A stretch of DNA of 64,000 nt from Macrostomum hystrix. Taxonomy: Eukaryota; Animalia; Platyhelminthes. The notes under the pieces are model-generated. The model saw only the letters and a list, made by a program, of their open reading frames with translations, was not told the DNA's origin and ran no database searches. The stretch's first letter is position 1. Every line of letters starts with the position of its first letter. Both the position numbers and the translations under genes were made by a program. Location: positions 2,728,001 to 2,792,000 of the forward strand of contig CATNEN010000030.1 in the NCBI GenBank assembly GCA_950097015.1, read 5' to 3'. Below, in pieces: positions 61,376 through 64,000 of the stretch.

Positions 61376-61735
61376 TTGGTTCCAGTGCAGGCAGATAAGA
61401 TTGGTTCCAGTGCAGGCAGATAAGATTGGTTCCAGTGCAGGCAGATAAGATTGGTTCCAGATTAGATTGGTTCCAGTGCAGGCAGATAAGATTGGTTCCA
61501 GATTAGATTGGTTCCAGTGCAGGCAGATAAGATTGGTTCTAGTGCAGGCAGATAAGATTGGTTCCAGTTCAGGCAGATTAGATTGGTTCCAGATTAGATT
61601 GGTTCCAGTGCAGGCAGATAAGATTGGTTCCAGTGCAGGCAGATTATATTGGTTCCAGTGCAGGCAGATAAGATTGGTTCCAGTGCAGGCAGATTATATT
61701 GGTTCCAGATTAGATTGGTTCCAGTGCAGGCAGAT
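61374..61735. repeat. Minisatellite, about 25-bp unit (NCS intron 2)
   Basis: GATTGGTTCCAGTGCAGGCAGATAA. Confidence 0.9.
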
Positions 61736-61744
61736 CCAGTTATT

Positions 61745-61893
61745 GCTGGTACCCATCTAACAGCTGGGTGAACTGAAGCAATGCATAGTTAAGTGTCTTG
61801 CCAAAGGACACAAATTGTCCCATTTGAGTCGGGAATCGAACCTCCGACCTTCAAGTCGTGAGTCCGACGCTCAAACCATTAGACTACAACCCC
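61745..61893 (-). mobile_element. CORE-type SINE, 3'-truncated
   Basis: GGTACCCAT...CAGCTGGGTGAACTGAAGCAATGCA...GGGAATCGAACC...GACCTTCAAGTCGTGAGTCCGACGC is the reverse complement of 53434-53580. Confidence 0.85.
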
Positions 61894-61946
61894 TTGTTGG
61901 ATTGTACGCAATATGCGAATCCTCACAACCCACGATACTCACGCAG

Positions 61947-62135
61947 GCAATCTACAGCATGCTGGGTGCCGACGAGTCCAACGTTGACATGAGCCCTGAG
62001 GCCCGTACCGAGGAGATCTTCGACAAGATGGACGACAACGGCGACGGTGTGCTGTGCCGCGAGGAGTTCATGAAGGGCTGCATGGCCGACAAGCAGCTCT
62101 ACTCCATGCTGCTGGCAGACGAGCCCGCCGAGTGA
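61947..62135 (+). CDS. ncs-2: Neuronal calcium sensor, exon 3 (EF4 DDNGDGVLCREE)
   Basis: acgcag|GCA ATC TAC...GAG TGA. Confidence 0.93.
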   Translation, partial: AIYSMLGADESNVDMSPEARTEEIFDKMDDNGDGVLCREEFMKGCMADKQLYSMLLADEPAE

Positions 62136-62369
62136 CCCGCTGAGAGACTGTCCAGTTGGGAAAGTCCGCCAGCCCCTTCATTGTCTCAGCCACCTGCCCA
62201 GATATGCTTTTTCCCTTTCTCGCGACATTCACTCATTGTTATTCATTTAGTATGCTAAAGTAAATTTATTTTTTATTGTCTCTTCTTAACTGCTTGCGCA
62301 AGTTTTAGGGTGGGGCTTGGGCTTTTAGGGGAGCAGAGCATGTTTCTTTTGGAGTAGAGAGTAGGCTAT

Positions 62370-63407
62370 TGTGTTGCAGAGCTGAAGGCGAGTGTGTTGC
62401 AGAGCTGAAGGCGAGTGTGTTGCAGAGTTGTAGGCGAGTGTGTTGCAGAGCTGAAGGCGAGTGTGTTGCAGAGCTGAAGGCGAGTGTGTTGCAGTATTGA
62501 AGGCGAGTGTGTTGCAGAGTTGAAGGCGAGTGTGTTGCAGAGTTGTAGGCGAGTGTGTTGCAGAGCTGAAGGCGAGTGTGTTGCAGAGTTGAAGGCGAGT
62601 GTGTTTCAGAGTTGTAGGCGAGTGTGTTGCAGAGTTGAAGGCGAGTGTGTTGCAGAGTTGAAGGCGAGTGTGTTGCAGAGTTGAAGGCGAGTGTGTTACA
62701 GAGTTGAAGGCGAGTGTGTTGCAGAGCTGAAGGCGAGTGTGTTGCAGAGTTGAAGGCGGGTGTGTTGCAGAGTTGAAGGCGAGTGTGTTGCAGAGTTGAA
62801 GGCGAGTGTGTTGCAGAGTTGAAGGCGAGTGTGTTGCAGAGTTGAAGGCGAGTGTGTTGCAGAGTTGTAGGCGAGTGTGTTGCAGAGTTGAAGGCGAGTG
62901 TGTTGCAGAGTTGAAGGCGAGTGTGTTGCAGAGTTAAAGGCGAGTGTGTTGCAGAGTTGTAGGCGAGTGTGTTACAGAGTTGAAGGCGAGTGTGTTGCAG
63001 AGTTGAAGGCGAGTGTGTTGCAGTATTGAAGGCGAGTGTGTTGCAGTATTGAAGGCGAGTGTGTTGCAGAGCTGAAGGCGAGTGTGTTGCAGAGTTGAAG
63101 GCGGGTGTGTTGCAGAGTTGAAGGCGAGTGTGTTGCAGAGCTGAAGGCGAGTGTGTTGCAGAGTTGAAGGCGAGTGTGTTGCAGAGCTGAAGGCGAGTGT
63201 GTTGCAGAGTTGAAGGCGAGTGTGTTGCAGAGTTGTAGGCGAGTGTGTTGCAGAGTTGAAGGCGAGTGTGTTGCAGTATTGAAGGCGAGTGTGTTGCAGA
63301 GTTGAAGGCGAGTGTGTTGCAGAGTTGAAGGCGAGTGTGTTGCAGAGTTGAAGGCGAGTGTGTTGCAGAGCTGAAGGCGAGTGTGTTGCAGAGTTGAAGG
63401 CGAGTGT
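62370..63407. repeat. Minisatellite, 23-bp unit, about 45 copies
   Basis: GAAGGCGAGTGTGTTGCAGAGTT. Confidence 0.95.
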
Positions 63408-64000
63408 AATTCTGTATGCGGTCATGTTTGTGAGCATACATGTATTCTCAACGGCACTGAACTCCAGCGCACCTGTTTCTCGATCGCCCCTGTCCAGACT
63501 CATCTGTATCATCGTCTTCTTCCTTTCCATTCTTTTTTCTCTCTTTTTTTATCAAAATGTTCACTATTATTATTAGAAGCGAATGAAAACATTGTTAAGT
63601 TCAGACGGAAGTTTTGCTCGTTAGAAAAGAAAGGAATAATTATGAGATTCGTTCTTTGCCTTTGTCGCTTAATTATAAGTACATATAGCACACGCTTCGG
63701 ATAAATTTGAATGTTAAACAAACAAAATTAAAAAACTCTAAAACGCGCACTTTGTGTTTTGCTGACATCACTCAGTGATCAGTGATCCCCAGTTCGCACT
63801 TCTTTATTGCACACCTTGCTAGCTGTTTCTCTCCCCTGTAATTTCTACCTGGCCACTGAACGGATTGATTGTTTAAAAAAATTCGTCCCTTTTTAAATGT
63901 GATTTAATTACTAAAAACTACGAGTGTAGTTTAAATTTTAGAACAGAGACGCTCTCACGTGCAGCTAAGCCTGTATAATTGGAGCACAGTTGACTAATAT

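Overview
Eukaryotic (animal) genomic DNA with GC-rich exons, short GT-AG introns swollen by minisatellites, and tRNA-derived SINEs. The style suggests a free-living flatworm such as Macrostomum, but this is inference only. Six genes can be assembled by hand from splice sites and reading frame. (1) An unannotated 3-exon orphan gene on the minus strand (1208-3246). (2) An intronless FAM78-family gene (minus, 4532-5755). (3) hnRNP K with 6 coding exons (11234-17917). (4) ANAPC13 (20098-20361). (5) A 7-exon nicotinic acetylcholine receptor alpha-type subunit with an anion-selective Pro-Ala M2 motif (37025-49587). (6) A 3-exon neuronal calcium sensor of the NCS-2 type (58013-62135). About 29 mutually different minisatellite arrays (12-55 bp units) cover roughly a third of the window. 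There are also two SINE families (one with a CORE domain), a hAT MITE with a perfect 8-bp TSD, and two further TIR elements. The most unusual observation is that some arrays come as complementary pairs. One inverted pair brackets the first coding exon of the receptor gene. A second pair with the same 21-bp period and a perfectly complementary 12-nt core sits at the two ends of NCS intron 1. These are candidate repeat-encoded RNA structures that could affect splicing or circularisation. No CRISPR array, rRNA gene or bona fide tRNA gene was found.
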